Origin: Candidatus Uhrbacteria bacterium
GTDB lineage: Bacteria > Patescibacteriota > Patescibacteriia > UBA9934 > GWF2-40-263
DNA: 64,000 bases
Assembly: GCA_014239775.1 (NCBI GenBank)
Contig: JAAZYG010000039.1
Coordinates: 6,134 to 70,133 of the forward strand
Direction: 5' to 3'
This document shows positions 40,839 to 50,979 of this stretch, piece after piece. The notes under the pieces are model-generated. The model was not told where the DNA came from. It searched no databases and worked only from the letters and a program-made list of their open reading frames with translations. Every line of letters begins with the position of its first letter. Position 1 is the stretch's first letter. The translations under genes were made by a program, and so were the position numbers.

Positions 40839-42608
40839 TTATTCTACTTGTCTTACTGGTGGAACTTCAAAATACTGTAACAGAAACTCCGCAATTTTCC
40901 CAAATAATGGAGCAGCTGTTGACTCTGCCCACATTACTGATTTTGGATTATCTATTCTGACCACCATTGCAAATTTAGGATCTTCAACTGGACCAAAACC
41001 TGCAAATGATCCAATTGTTGAGTCTTCACTATAACCAATCCCATCTGTCTTTGCCACCTGTGCTGTACCTGTTTTACCACCAATGTAATATCCATCTACC
41101 CCAGCCCTTTTACCGTGACCGTGCTCAATAACAGAAACAAGCATTGCGGAAAGTGTATGTGCGGTTTTCTCATCAATTACCTGTGTTATGTCAACAGAAG
41201 GTCTTGTTTCTATTGTTTCATCTGAATAAATTATCTCATCAATGATTTGTGGCTTCTTTAATACACCTCCATTGGCAATTGCAGCATATGCCATTGCAAT
41301 TTGTAGCGGTGTTGTTGTTATTCCCTGACCAAACGAAGCTGTTGCTGCATAAATCTCTGAACCTATATCAAGTGAACTTATGTTACCTGCAACTTCTGTA
41401 TCTAACTCAATACCCGTTATCTGACCAAAACCAAATCTCTTAATATACTCTATAAATTTTTCCATGCCTGTTTGGCGCATAGAAAAAATCATTCCTGTGT
41501 TAATCGAGTCCTCCAGAACCTGTGTCATATCTACTTCACCATACACCTTACCTTCTGCGTTTCCAATTGGCTTGTGCCAACCATCTACCATAGACGATCC
41601 AGTGTCCTCAAATTTTGTTTTTGGTGTAACGTTTCCAGAATCCAATGCAGCAGCCATTGTGATCGATTTAAAAATAGATCCTGGCTCATATGCTAAAAAT
41701 ATTGCTGGATTATTAAATTGATTTATATTTTCAACTTTTGAATAATTATTTTGATCAAAATCAGGCACACCACACATTGCCATAACTCTACCTGTTGCTG
41801 GCTCAATTATAACCACACTCCCACCGTCTGCATCATATTCATTAACAGCCTCTTTTAACAGAGAGCACGTCATAAACTGTAATGTTCGATCTATTGTTAA
41901 CACTATTTTTGCTCCATCCTTCGCCTTCTGAACTGACCTGTCTGCAACAGCAATCAGCCTACCTGATATATCATTTTTAGAATTAATAAAGCCATATTTT
42001 CCAGCAAGCACATCTTCAAAATATCCTTCGATTCCATACTTGCCAGATTTATTTCCGTCATTATCCGAGCCAATAAAACCAACAATATGACCTCCCAGAG
42101 ATGCATCTGGATATATTCGTGCTGCCTCTCTAATAAATTCAATACCTTCTAAATCATGTTCTAATATTTTTCTTAAAATCTTTTCAGTTACACCTTTTTC
42201 AAGTGGCTCATACGGATCATTGGGTCTATCCAACCTTTTTATTAATTCTTCTTTTTTTTTATCATCATATTTAAATACCTCACTAAATACATTGGCTGTT
42301 TTTTCAACATCCTTAATGTGCTTTGGTTCTGCATATATAAATGACAAACGTTGATTTGTTGCAAGAGGAACCAATGCCTCATCCTTATAATCATGCATGT
42401 AAATAGACCCTCTAACTGGAATTAACTCCTTAAACATCTCGTGCTGAGAAGATGCTAGATCCTTATAAAAACTATAATCTAGTATTTGCAAAGAAAATAA
42501 CTTTAAAATAATTAATCCTGCAAAAATAATTATTAAGTATTTAAAAATCTCAAGACGAATATCTATTTTTAGATTTGATTTTGATTTCCATTTTTTTGAC
42601 CTTGCCAT
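40839..42608 (-). CDS. ftsI: penicillin-binding protein (class B transpeptidase, FtsI/PBP2-like)
   Basis: N-terminal TM, SxxK (GSIFKSIT), SxN, KTGTA (GGKTGTAQ) motifs. Confidence 0.85.
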   Translation of the reverse strand: MARSKKWKSKSNLKIDIRLEIFKYLIIIFAGLIILKLFSLQILDYSFYKDLASSQHEMFKELIPVRGSIYMHDYKDEALVPLATNQRLSFIYAEPKHIKDVEKTANVFSEVFKYDDKKKEELIKRLDRPNDPYEPLEKGVTEKILRKILEHDLEGIEFIREAARIYPDASLGGHIVGFIGSDNDGNKSGKYGIEGYFEDVLAGKYGFINSKNDISGRLIAVADRSVQKAKDGAKIVLTIDRTLQFMTCSLLKEAVNEYDADGGSVVIIEPATGRVMAMCGVPDFDQNNYSKVENINQFNNPAIFLAYEPGSIFKSITMAAALDSGNVTPKTKFEDTGSSMVDGWHKPIGNAEGKVYGEVDMTQVLEDSINTGMIFSMRQTGMEKFIEYIKRFGFGQITGIELDTEVAGNISSLDIGSEIYAATASFGQGITTTPLQIAMAYAAIANGGVLKKPQIIDEIIYSDETIETRPSVDITQVIDEKTAHTLSAMLVSVIEHGHGKRAGVDGYYIGGKTGTAQVAKTDGIGYSEDSTIGSFAGFGPVEDPKFAMVVRIDNPKSVMWAESTAAPLFGKIAEFLLQYFEVPPVRQVE

Positions 42609-42613
42609 AATGC

Positions 42614-43801
42614 TTATAAACCGAACCCAAATAATGATCCGTTGCCGTTTGGATTTAATGATTTATTTACCTCAACACCATCCATAACCCCATCACCATC
42701 TGTATCTGGGTTATCTGGGTTTGTTCCATAGAATTTTTCTAATATATCACTTAAACCATCTTTATCTCTATCATTATTTACCTCAATGGTTTGTCTGGGT
42801 AACTTAGCTGTAATTGTGCTTTCTGAAACAATATTTTTAGAACCATGAATTTTAGATCTTGATAATCCTAAAAGAGATTCTCTGTGTTTGCTTAATATGT
42901 CCTTAAAATAAACACTTTGTTTTACTTTGTATGCACCTATCTGTTTATTGAAATCTGAAAACTCTATTTTGTTATCCATTGAAATAAACAGGTCTGAATC
43001 CTCATCTATTACACCGCCAATAACATGAACTCTATATAGCAGATGATCCTTTATACCGATCCAAAATTTGATCTTAAATTTCGATAATTTCTCAGACAAT
43101 AATTTAATTTCAACGCGCTCTGTATCACTTGGTTCTCTGCTATATTTTACTCGTATTACATCTAGTAAAAAAGTGTACAGTGCATCTCTATCAAACCGTA
43201 CATCAATGGGTCTTGTATTTACTCCATTAACCAGCTCTGTAATATTGTTAAATGATGATAGAAATATGTCTGAATTACGTAACATCTCACGTAATTCTAA
43301 AACAAAAGCGTCACTCAATTCTCCATCTGTTAAAAAAGTTTTAATTGGGAAATCTGCTCCGACAATAATATTACCCCACCCAGACAATTCCCCATAATCA
43401 AACTCAACCCACTGATCATCCGTTAATTTTACACCAAGAATTTCTGGCACTGGTTTTTCATACCTTAAATATGTCTGATTATTTACATAATGAACCTCCC
43501 CTTTTAAATCATTAAAATCTTGTCCTGCTAATAATTTTACTAATCGAAACCTTGTCTTATAGTTCATTCCATTTTCACTACTTAAATCAACTCCTCCGTT
43601 AGCATACAAAGTGGTACTTTTTTCATTTTTAGACCAAGCAAACCCAGACGAGTGTGAAAATGTGTTTATTTCAGACATCTTTTGCAGCATTAAAAACACC
43701 TCTCTTTCAGGAGTAAATTTTGTCATTACAATATAAGTTGCAAATGTGATCGACATTAAAACACAAACACTTATCAAAATAAAAATGAGGGATTTTTTCA
43801 T
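42614..43801 (-). CDS. hypothetical secreted protein with C-terminal Asp-rich Ca-binding (thrombospondin type 3-like) repeats
   Basis: N-terminal signal anchor; C-terminus DRDKDGLSD...NPDNPDTDGDGVMDGVE. Confidence 0.5.
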   Translation of the reverse strand: MKKSLIFILISVCVLMSITFATYIVMTKFTPEREVFLMLQKMSEINTFSHSSGFAWSKNEKSTTLYANGGVDLSSENGMNYKTRFRLVKLLAGQDFNDLKGEVHYVNNQTYLRYEKPVPEILGVKLTDDQWVEFDYGELSGWGNIIVGADFPIKTFLTDGELSDAFVLELREMLRNSDIFLSSFNNITELVNGVNTRPIDVRFDRDALYTFLLDVIRVKYSREPSDTERVEIKLLSEKLSKFKIKFWIGIKDHLLYRVHVIGGVIDEDSDLFISMDNKIEFSDFNKQIGAYKVKQSVYFKDILSKHRESLLGLSRSKIHGSKNIVSESTITAKLPRQTIEVNNDRDKDGLSDILEKFYGTNPDNPDTDGDGVMDGVEVNKSLNPNGNGSLFGFGL

Positions 43802-43838
43802 ACCCTCATTTTATAGCTTTTTGATAACTTATCAAATA

Positions 43839-44279
43839 CTAAACTGTTGTTAAGTCATCTTCTGAAACAGTTTTTCCAATATATTGATAAACCTCGCCGG
43901 TATTTTCATTTGTAATAATACGTATAGTATCTCCATCTTGCGACTGATAGTCTGAAAATAAATATCTATCCCCTTCATCTTCCTCAGGATTACCAATTAT
44001 TTCAGTTATTTTACCTGCATCCTCGTAACTAAACTCGTACTCTTTAGCCTGATACAATATCACATCAGACGGCTCTATTTCTTCCTCAATTTTATGGAAT
44101 AAAACCAACTCTTCTTCATCTGGTGCAACAGCAAACATTACATCTCCATCATCATACATCCAATACAAAACAGCACCATTATCTAATGTTATCTCAGCAC
44201 GTCCCATGTATCTAAATGGTTCATTAAATACACTTATTGATTTTGATAAATCAATTTCTAATAAATCTTTAATATCCAT
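43839..44279 (-). CDS. hypothetical acidic protein (146 aa)
   Basis: ORF; very acidic; no motif. Confidence 0.4.
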   Translation of the reverse strand: MDIKDLLEIDLSKSISVFNEPFRYMGRAEITLDNGAVLYWMYDDGDVMFAVAPDEEELVLFHKIEEEIEPSDVILYQAKEYEFSYEDAGKITEIIGNPEEDEGDRYLFSDYQSQDGDTIRIITNENTGEVYQYIGKTVSEDDLTTV

Positions 44280-44444
44280 AAACTAATTTTAATGGAGTTT
44301 TCCTCTTTTGTTTAACAGCGAGATTATAACGATTCATAATAAAAAAGTAAATTATTTTTTATCTAGTTTGTATTTACTTAGAATTTTTATTAAATATCAT
44401 AATTGAATAATATATTGTTTTTTTGCTAATATTAGCCAAAAGGG

Positions 44445-44473
44445 TTGACATTTAGTAAAAAACATGCTATATT
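44445..44473 (+). promoter_or_regulatory. strong sigma70-like promoter (TTGACA-17-TATATT)
   Basis: Consensus -35 with 17-nt spacer; about 110-nt leader to the ATG at 44583. Confidence 0.45.
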
Positions 44474-44582
44474 ATTGCACTGTCCACGCGCAGTGGGTCA
44501 GGTAGGTACACACATTCTTATTTTGAGAATAAACAACAAACAAGCTACGTGCCTAGCTTACAATTTAGAAGGAGTGGTAACA

Positions 44583-45224
44583 ATGCCTCTACATAGGACT
44601 ACTGTAATTGATCGGCTTTGCAAACGCGAAGCACTCATGTTTGAGCATGAGAATCCACCACAAAAATCTGGGAATGACCCGATTGTTGTTAGAGCTTATG
44701 AACTTCAACGGTTTACAAATGTTGTAATCGAAGTTCCAAACAGCTCCGAAATCAACACCGTTGAAACCGCAGGTCCTGCTGGTGAATATGTGCACACCTC
44801 CATCAATGGAGTTGATGTACATTTTCGAAAGGGTATGAAGGTTGTTCCAGGCGAAGTCACTGTTGGAGACATCGTCATTTATGTGAAAACATGGGAACCA
44901 AAGACGTCTGATAAGAGTAGAAACGTGCATCGTAATTACAGTCTCTGCATCAACGTAGAGACTGTAAGTAACAACAATGAGCCTGAGCAACGCTTGTATA
45001 TAAGTGATACTGCCGCTCGGACCTACAAACGACGATTCATGGATCTTTCCGGACCTGAAAGGTACTGCCACCTCTCAAAGGATCGCAGTCGCAATCAGGA
45101 CGTTCAAGTTCTTCCACTCAACAAGCCTACTCGACTTGTTGATACAACTACGACTCAATCTCGTGAGTCCAATCCTCAGCACACACAAATGGCTTATGCC
45201 ATGCGTGAAGCTGGTCTTGTTTAG
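44583..45224 (+). CDS. hypothetical protein (213 aa) in locally higher-GC segment; start set at ATG with AAGGAG RBS
   Basis: Listed ORF begins at TTG 44445, which coincides with the -35 box; ATG 44583 has an RBS 8 nt upstream; no motif recognised. Confidence 0.5.
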   Translation: MPLHRTTVIDRLCKREALMFEHENPPQKSGNDPIVVRAYELQRFTNVVIEVPNSSEINTVETAGPAGEYVHTSINGVDVHFRKGMKVVPGEVTVGDIVIYVKTWEPKTSDKSRNVHRNYSLCINVETVSNNNEPEQRLYISDTAARTYKRRFMDLSGPERYCHLSKDRSRNQDVQVLPLNKPTRLVDTTTTQSRESNPQHTQMAYAMREAGLV

Positions 45225-45291
45225 ACCAAATCACCTCAATTGAGGTTCTATAGCGTCGGAGAAAAACCATCTGGTTTAGTACCCGGCGCTA

Positions 45292-45819
45292 TTATTTTTT
45301 TATATATAAATATATATCTGCTCTACCCACTTCTTTGTCTATTTTTTCTGGCTCCCAATTTGGAAGCGGCCAAACATATGAAACAACCTTTGAGCCCGCT
45401 GTTAATTCTTTATGTAGCTTTTCTGATATTTTTTCATAGGCCTCTGGCATTAGAAACATATAAACTGCATTATAATCAAAATAATTTATTTTAAATAAGT
45501 TTCCATAATGAACCTTAAATTTTTTACCATTTGTAAAAATTGTTTTTGATTTTGCAAAAAAAAAGTGCAATAAAGATAGTTCAATGCCATTAATATTTGC
45601 TTCTGTGTTTTTAGATAAATACTTCGACAATCTTGCTGTACCACATCCAAGTTCAATAAACTTGTCATTTGATTGTAAATCTAGTAGCTTATAAATTCTT
45701 TGCTTATCTTTGTTCCATGTTGGTACCCATGGAGCAGCAGAATGTGCTGCATAGGCTGCACTTATAAGTAAAAGCAAAGATATAGCTATAATTATTTCCA
45801 TACACCAACAGGATACCAC
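45292..45819 (-). CDS. membrane-anchored small class I SAM-dependent methyltransferase (paralog A)
   Basis: N-terminal TM, motif I ELGCGTARL; paralogous to 51605..52138. Confidence 0.55.
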   Translation of the reverse strand: MVSCWCMEIIIAISLLLLISAAYAAHSAAPWVPTWNKDKQRIYKLLDLQSNDKFIELGCGTARLSKYLSKNTEANINGIELSLLHFFFAKSKTIFTNGKKFKVHYGNLFKINYFDYNAVYMFLMPEAYEKISEKLHKELTAGSKVVSYVWPLPNWEPEKIDKEVGRADIYLYIKK

Positions 45820-45848
45820 CTATTAAATATTTCTGTTATTATCACAGC

Positions 45849-46958
45849 ATGATTGCAATCATTCGATACAATGAAATAGCACTTAAGGGAAGAAACAGAG
45901 CTTGGTTTGAGGACAAGCTTATTTTGAATATAAAAAAATCCTTTAGTAATTCTGAGATTAAGGTAAAAAAGAAATATGGAAGAGTGCTAGTTGTATTTTC
46001 AAAGGATCAGATTGATGATATAAAAAAAACACTATCACGTACATTTGGAATTGAAAGCTTTTCTTTTGGAATACTTTCAAAATCAAACTTTGATAATATT
46101 ACAAAAAATGTAGTTGATCTTGTAAAACACAACCCAAATCAATGGAATACGTTTAGAGTAACCACAAAAAGACAAGACAAACAATTTCCAATTAAATCAA
46201 ATACATTGAACGAAAAAATTGGCGGTTGTATACTTGATACATTTACTCAGAAAAAAGTTGATCTAACCAACTTTGATTTAAACATACGAATTGAAGTTAC
46301 ACATCACGAAACGTACATAACAACCGAACACCACAAAGGTCCAGGGGGTCTACCTGTAGGTGTAAGTGGAAAATATGTATGTATGCTTTCTGGTGGTATA
46401 GACTCACCTGTTGCTGCATGGCACATGGCAAAAAGAGGTTGTGATGTTCACTTTATACATTTCCACAGCCTTCCGTATACTGACCGTGCATCTACTCAAA
46501 AAGTTAATGAACTTGCTGAAATATTATCAACATGGGGCTTGAATACCAAAGTTTCTCAAACTCCATTTGCTGAGACACAAAAGGAAATTGTTAAAAAAAC
46601 AAACTCGTCTTACAGAATAATATTATACAGAAGACACATGATGCGCCTTGCTGAGGTATATGCAAGAAAAATAGGTGCGCAAGCAATCATTACAGGCGAA
46701 AGTCTTGGTCAGGTTGCAAGTCAAACAATTGAAAACATTACAGTTATAGAGGATGCTGTTTCGATACCAATTCTTAGACCATTAATTGGATTTGATAAGA
46801 ATGAAATTATTGAAATTGCTAAAAAAATTGGCACCTTTGAAACATCTATACTTCCACATGAGGACTGCTGTTCTTTGTTCATGCCAAAGAACCCTATAAT
46901 AAGATCTACATTAAATGAAGTAAAAAAAGAAGAAGAAAATTTAGACTTAAAAATCTAG
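45849..46958 (+). CDS. thiI: tRNA 4-thiouridine synthase / sulfurtransferase ThiI
   Basis: THUMP N-terminus, PP-loop CMLSGGIDSPVAAW. Confidence 0.85.
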   Translation: MIAIIRYNEIALKGRNRAWFEDKLILNIKKSFSNSEIKVKKKYGRVLVVFSKDQIDDIKKTLSRTFGIESFSFGILSKSNFDNITKNVVDLVKHNPNQWNTFRVTTKRQDKQFPIKSNTLNEKIGGCILDTFTQKKVDLTNFDLNIRIEVTHHETYITTEHHKGPGGLPVGVSGKYVCMLSGGIDSPVAAWHMAKRGCDVHFIHFHSLPYTDRASTQKVNELAEILSTWGLNTKVSQTPFAETQKEIVKKTNSSYRIILYRRHMMRLAEVYARKIGAQAIITGESLGQVASQTIENITVIEDAVSIPILRPLIGFDKNEIIEIAKKIGTFETSILPHEDCCSLFMPKNPIIRSTLNEVKKEEENLDLKI

Positions 46959-47519
46959 ACCTTCTCTAGCTTTTACTCCTGAATAAAAATAATGTTTTTT
47001 TAAGCACATCTCTGTAATTAAATTTGCTTTGTTTAAAAATTCATTTGGAGCATTACGACCGGTTAAAATAAGTTCGGTCGTTTTTGGTTTGTTATCTATA
47101 AGATTTAGAACAGCCTGTACAGAAACTATACCAAGTGCAGCTGAAGAATTTATCTCATCCATAACAATCAAATCATATTTTTCTGTGAACATTTTCTCAA
47201 TGTATAAAAGTCCTTTTTTGCCTTCTTTTTTATCTATTTCTTTTATTGAAAAATCAAAAGCGTTTGTAATTGGATGAATCCTATCTCTTCCAGTTACGTA
47301 ATACTTTATGTCTATTTCATCAAAGATTTTTCTTTCTGAATAATGCACATCCCCACCTTTGTCAAAATATACAAATCCAACTTTTCTGCCTGCAGCATGG
47401 GCTCTAAGCAAGGTTCCTATTGCACTTGTGGTCTTCCCTTTTCCATCACCTGTAAACACTTGAATCAAACCAAATCCCTCATGACCTCTTACGCTTTCAT
47501 CGAATTTTTGTTCTGGCAT
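46947..47519 (-). CDS. cobO: cob(I)alamin/cob(I)yrinic acid a,c-diamide adenosyltransferase (CobO/BtuR family)
   Basis: VFTGDGKGKTTSAIGTLLRAHAAGRKVGFVYFDKGG P-loop region typical of CobA/CobO. Confidence 0.75.
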   Translation of the reverse strand: MPEQKFDESVRGHEGFGLIQVFTGDGKGKTTSAIGTLLRAHAAGRKVGFVYFDKGGDVHYSERKIFDEIDIKYYVTGRDRIHPITNAFDFSIKEIDKKEGKKGLLYIEKMFTEKYDLIVMDEINSSAALGIVSVQAVLNLIDNKPKTTELILTGRNAPNEFLNKANLITEMCLKKHYFYSGVKAREGLDF

Positions 47520-47520
47520 A

Positions 47521-47559
47521 TGTAATATAAAACTAAAGTGAGGGCTTGCACCCTCACTT
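47521..47559 (-). terminator. Rho-independent terminator after nrdJ
   Basis: Stem AAGTGAGGG/CCCTCACTT with 6-nt loop followed on minus strand by TAGTTTTATATT. Confidence 0.5.
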
Positions 47560-47579
47560 ACAAAATAGATAAAATCTTT

Positions 47580-50500
47580 TTAACTACACCCGCTTGTCGC
47601 ACCACAATTTAAACATTTATAACAAGCTGCATTTCTAACCATTATAGACCCGCACGTATCACATGCTGGTGCATCTGAATGATTATCAAATGTCTGTGTA
47701 TGTGCAGTCTCTACACCATTAATTTCTTTAGTATTTTCAAATAGCTGTTTTTGTGAACTAATGTCTTTATTTTCAACTAATTCTTTTACATCTGAGTCTG
47801 CAACATACGACACCGCATCTTCTTCAGATACATTTATACCAACTGACAACTGGGCTTCTTTTGGTAAAAATTTAATAGCCAACCATCTAAATATGTAATC
47901 CGTTATAGACTTTGCAATTCGTATTTGTGGATTATTTGTATAACCAGATGGTTCAAATCGCATATGAACAAACTTATTTACCAACACATTTAATGGTACA
48001 CCGTACTGTAAACCAATTGAAATAGAAGTTGCAAAGCTATCCATTAGACCACTAATTACAGACCCTTCTTTTGCCATTGTTACAAATATTTCACCCGGTG
48101 TTCCGTCGTCGTATAAACCAACTGTTATATACCCCTTATGATTACCTACTGCAAATTTATGAGTAACAGCACGTCTCTCATCTGATAACCTACGCCTTTT
48201 TAGCGTCCTTTCTGCTGATACATTTTTTTGTGTAACTTCTTTTGAGTCTGTGTTTTGTTTCTTTGCATCTTGTTCTTTTGATGTTGTAAGAGCCTGCTGC
48301 CTCTTTGACCCATCTCTATAAACAGCAATTGCCTTTAGTCCTAATTTCCAACCCTGCATATACACCTCCTCTATATCTTCACGTGTAGCTGTATTTGGAA
48401 GATTTACAGTCTTTGAGATCGCACCTGATATAAACGGTTGCACAGCTGCCATCATTTTAATATGTCCCATGTAACCAATTGACCTCTCGCCATTTGCTGG
48501 TTTAAACGCACAATCAAATACAGCTAGATGTTCATCTTTTATATGTGGTGCCTTTTCAATTGTGTCGTTAGATTCAATGTATTTTAAAATATCTTGAATC
48601 TGATTTTCAGAATAATCTAATTTTTGTAAGGCTTCTGGAACTGTGTTATTTACTATCTTTAACATTCCACCACCCACAAGCCACTTATACTTAACAAGTG
48701 CTATGTCTGGCTCAACCCCCGTTGTGTCACAGTCCATAAAGAATGCAATGGTTCCTGTTGGTGCCAAAACAGAGATCTGTGCATTCCTTAATCCAAACTT
48801 ACTACCATGCTCTACAACATTATCCCAAGCCTTACGAGACTCAGTAATAAGATCCTGCTCTACACCTTGTGGCTGCAATGTATATGATGCATCTCTGTGC
48901 ATCTTCATTACATCCATACATGGTTCCTCATTCATTTTAAATCCAGCAAATGGTCCAATTTTTTCTGCTATCTTCGCGGATTGATAATATGCATGCCCAC
49001 TCTGAAGAGCGCTTATGGCAGCAGCTAAATTACGACCTTCGTCTGAATCATATGCCAAACCTGAACTCATGAGTAATGCACCTAGATTTGCATAGCCAAT
49101 ACCTAACGGACGATAATCTAGACTATTTTGTTCAATTGCAGGAGTTGGATAGGTTGCACTTCCAACAATAATTTCCATTGCTGTAATAATAATCTCATTA
49201 GCCTTCTTAAATGACTCTACATCAAACACCTCCTTTCCATTAACTTCTTTTCTGTACTTCATCAGATTTAATGATGCTAGATTACAAGCGCTGTCATTTA
49301 AAAACATGTATTCAGAGCATGGATTTGAAGCATAAATACGATCTGTGTTTTTACATGTATGCCACTTGTTTATTGTTGTGTCATATTGAATTCCCGGGTC
49401 ACCACATTGCCATGTTGCATCAGACATCATTCCCATCAAATCCTTTGCTTTCCATTTTTGCACTACTTCTCCTGTTGTAATCGCATGAGTATTCCAATCT
49501 CCATCACTTTCAACAGCTTGCATGAAATCATCTGTTACTCTCACAGAATTATTTGCATTTTGAAAATAAATTGAACTATATGCTGGTCCCTCAATAGATC
49601 CATCATACCCCGCATCCATTAATGCCCATGCTTTTTTTTCTTCCTCTACTTTACATGTAATAAAATCATCAATATCTGGATGATCGATGTCTAATATAAC
49701 CATTTTTGCTGCACGACGTGTTTTTCCACCACTCTTTATAACTCCAGCAAATGCATCTAATCCTTTCATGAATGAAACTGGGCCTGAAGCTTTTCCATTA
49801 CTTCCACCAAGATACTCATGTTTAGAACGTATTTTAGATAAATTAGATCCAGCCCCTGAACCACCTTTAAATAAAGTACCCTCTGTTACACATAGATTTA
49901 AAATTGACTTCATGTCGTCCTGGACTGAATTAATAAAACACGCTGAACATTGCTGTGGCCTTGATGTTCCAACATTAAACCAAACAGGAGAATTGAATGC
50001 TGCCATTTGATTTACCAAAATATGATGCAATTCGTCATCAAAAACCTGAGCGTCCTTCTCGGTTTGAAAGTACCCTTCCGTTCGACCCCAATTAGAAATA
50101 GTTTTAGCAACCCTTCCTACCAACTGTTTTACTGATGTCTCTCTATCTTCTTTACCTACTGTTCCATAAAAATATTTTGCAACAACAATATTTGTGGCAG
50201 TTTGAGACCACGACTTTGGAATCTCAACATTTTTTTGCTCAAATACAGCTTTCCCTTTCATGTCTGTAATAGTTGCGTCCCTTAGCTCCCATTCTATTTC
50301 ATCAAATGGATGAAGCTCTGCTTTTGTAAAATATCTTTCAACAGAAATACCCTGACCATATTTATGCTTAACATATTCTTCTGCTTTGTTTTTATCGTAC
50401 TGAATATAAATTTTTGAAACATGCATTAAATTATTATTAATGAACGTTAAATTAACAGCTTCTCTTATATCTGCATATGTTGGCACACTGTGTCCATCAA

Positions 50501-50741
50501 ACTTCTTAGTTAAATTCTGTATTACATATGATGTAATCTTCTTTTCTAGAATCTTATCTCTAATACCAGAAGCAACTAATGTATTAGATACTGAATTTTT
50601 TAATTTTATAGGATCAAAATCTACCTGTTCGCCAGAATGCTTTGTCAGTTTTTTAACAGAAGTCATAAATTCCCAAATTACATCTGACACCTTGGATTCA
50701 TTAACTACTTTATTGGGCACACTTGAATTTACATCAGACAT
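47580..50741 (-). CDS. nrdJ: class II (adenosylcobalamin-dependent) ribonucleotide reductase NrdJ with N-terminal ATP-cone and C-terminal Zn ribbon
   Basis: ATP-cone-like N-terminus, active-site region SNPCSEY...NLASLNL, C-terminal CDTCGS...CYKCLNCG; 1053 aa. Confidence 0.85.
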   Translation of the reverse strand: MSDVNSSVPNKVVNESKVSDVIWEFMTSVKKLTKHSGEQVDFDPIKLKNSVSNTLVASGIRDKILEKKITSYVIQNLTKKFDGHSVPTYADIREAVNLTFINNNLMHVSKIYIQYDKNKAEEYVKHKYGQGISVERYFTKAELHPFDEIEWELRDATITDMKGKAVFEQKNVEIPKSWSQTATNIVVAKYFYGTVGKEDRETSVKQLVGRVAKTISNWGRTEGYFQTEKDAQVFDDELHHILVNQMAAFNSPVWFNVGTSRPQQCSACFINSVQDDMKSILNLCVTEGTLFKGGSGAGSNLSKIRSKHEYLGGSNGKASGPVSFMKGLDAFAGVIKSGGKTRRAAKMVILDIDHPDIDDFITCKVEEEKKAWALMDAGYDGSIEGPAYSSIYFQNANNSVRVTDDFMQAVESDGDWNTHAITTGEVVQKWKAKDLMGMMSDATWQCGDPGIQYDTTINKWHTCKNTDRIYASNPCSEYMFLNDSACNLASLNLMKYRKEVNGKEVFDVESFKKANEIIITAMEIIVGSATYPTPAIEQNSLDYRPLGIGYANLGALLMSSGLAYDSDEGRNLAAAISALQSGHAYYQSAKIAEKIGPFAGFKMNEEPCMDVMKMHRDASYTLQPQGVEQDLITESRKAWDNVVEHGSKFGLRNAQISVLAPTGTIAFFMDCDTTGVEPDIALVKYKWLVGGGMLKIVNNTVPEALQKLDYSENQIQDILKYIESNDTIEKAPHIKDEHLAVFDCAFKPANGERSIGYMGHIKMMAAVQPFISGAISKTVNLPNTATREDIEEVYMQGWKLGLKAIAVYRDGSKRQQALTTSKEQDAKKQNTDSKEVTQKNVSAERTLKRRRLSDERRAVTHKFAVGNHKGYITVGLYDDGTPGEIFVTMAKEGSVISGLMDSFATSISIGLQYGVPLNVLVNKFVHMRFEPSGYTNNPQIRIAKSITDYIFRWLAIKFLPKEAQLSVGINVSEEDAVSYVADSDVKELVENKDISSQKQLFENTKEINGVETAHTQTFDNHSDAPACDTCGSIMVRNAACYKCLNCGATSGCS

Positions 50742-50879
50742 AGGTAGAAATTTTAAATATTGATTTATTGTCTATTTTAGATTTTATTTTGAGACTAAAA
50801 AACAATCCTTTTGGGATTATCCTGTATTAGTTTCCTCACATTCTTGTGTTTAACTTCTAAGATATCCTAGTTCCCACAT

Positions 50880-50897
50880 ACCACTATATGTAGTGGT
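50880..50897. promoter_or_regulatory. NrdR-box-like palindrome 1 upstream of nrdJ
   Basis: ACCACTATATGTAGTGGT (14/16 palindromic core), resembles the NrdR box consensus acaCwAtATaTwGtgt. Confidence 0.45.
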
Positions 50898-50912
50898 ATG
50901 ACTCTATTTTAG

Positions 50913-50930
50913 ACCACTATATGTAGTGTG
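50913..50930. promoter_or_regulatory. NrdR-box-like palindrome 2 upstream of nrdJ
   Basis: ACCACTATATGTAGTGTG, 33 bp (about 3 helical turns) from box 1. Confidence 0.45.
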
Positions 50931-50979
50931 TCAAAATCTTGGTTATCCACACCATAAAACACATATTATACCCAGCACA

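Noticed and set aside
47580-50741. Possible intein in the unusually long (1053 aa) NrdJ
   Set aside because: Catalytic motif regions are contiguous with no Cys/Ser...HN splicing-junction signature. The extra length is explained by an N-terminal ATP-cone and a C-terminal Zn-ribbon.
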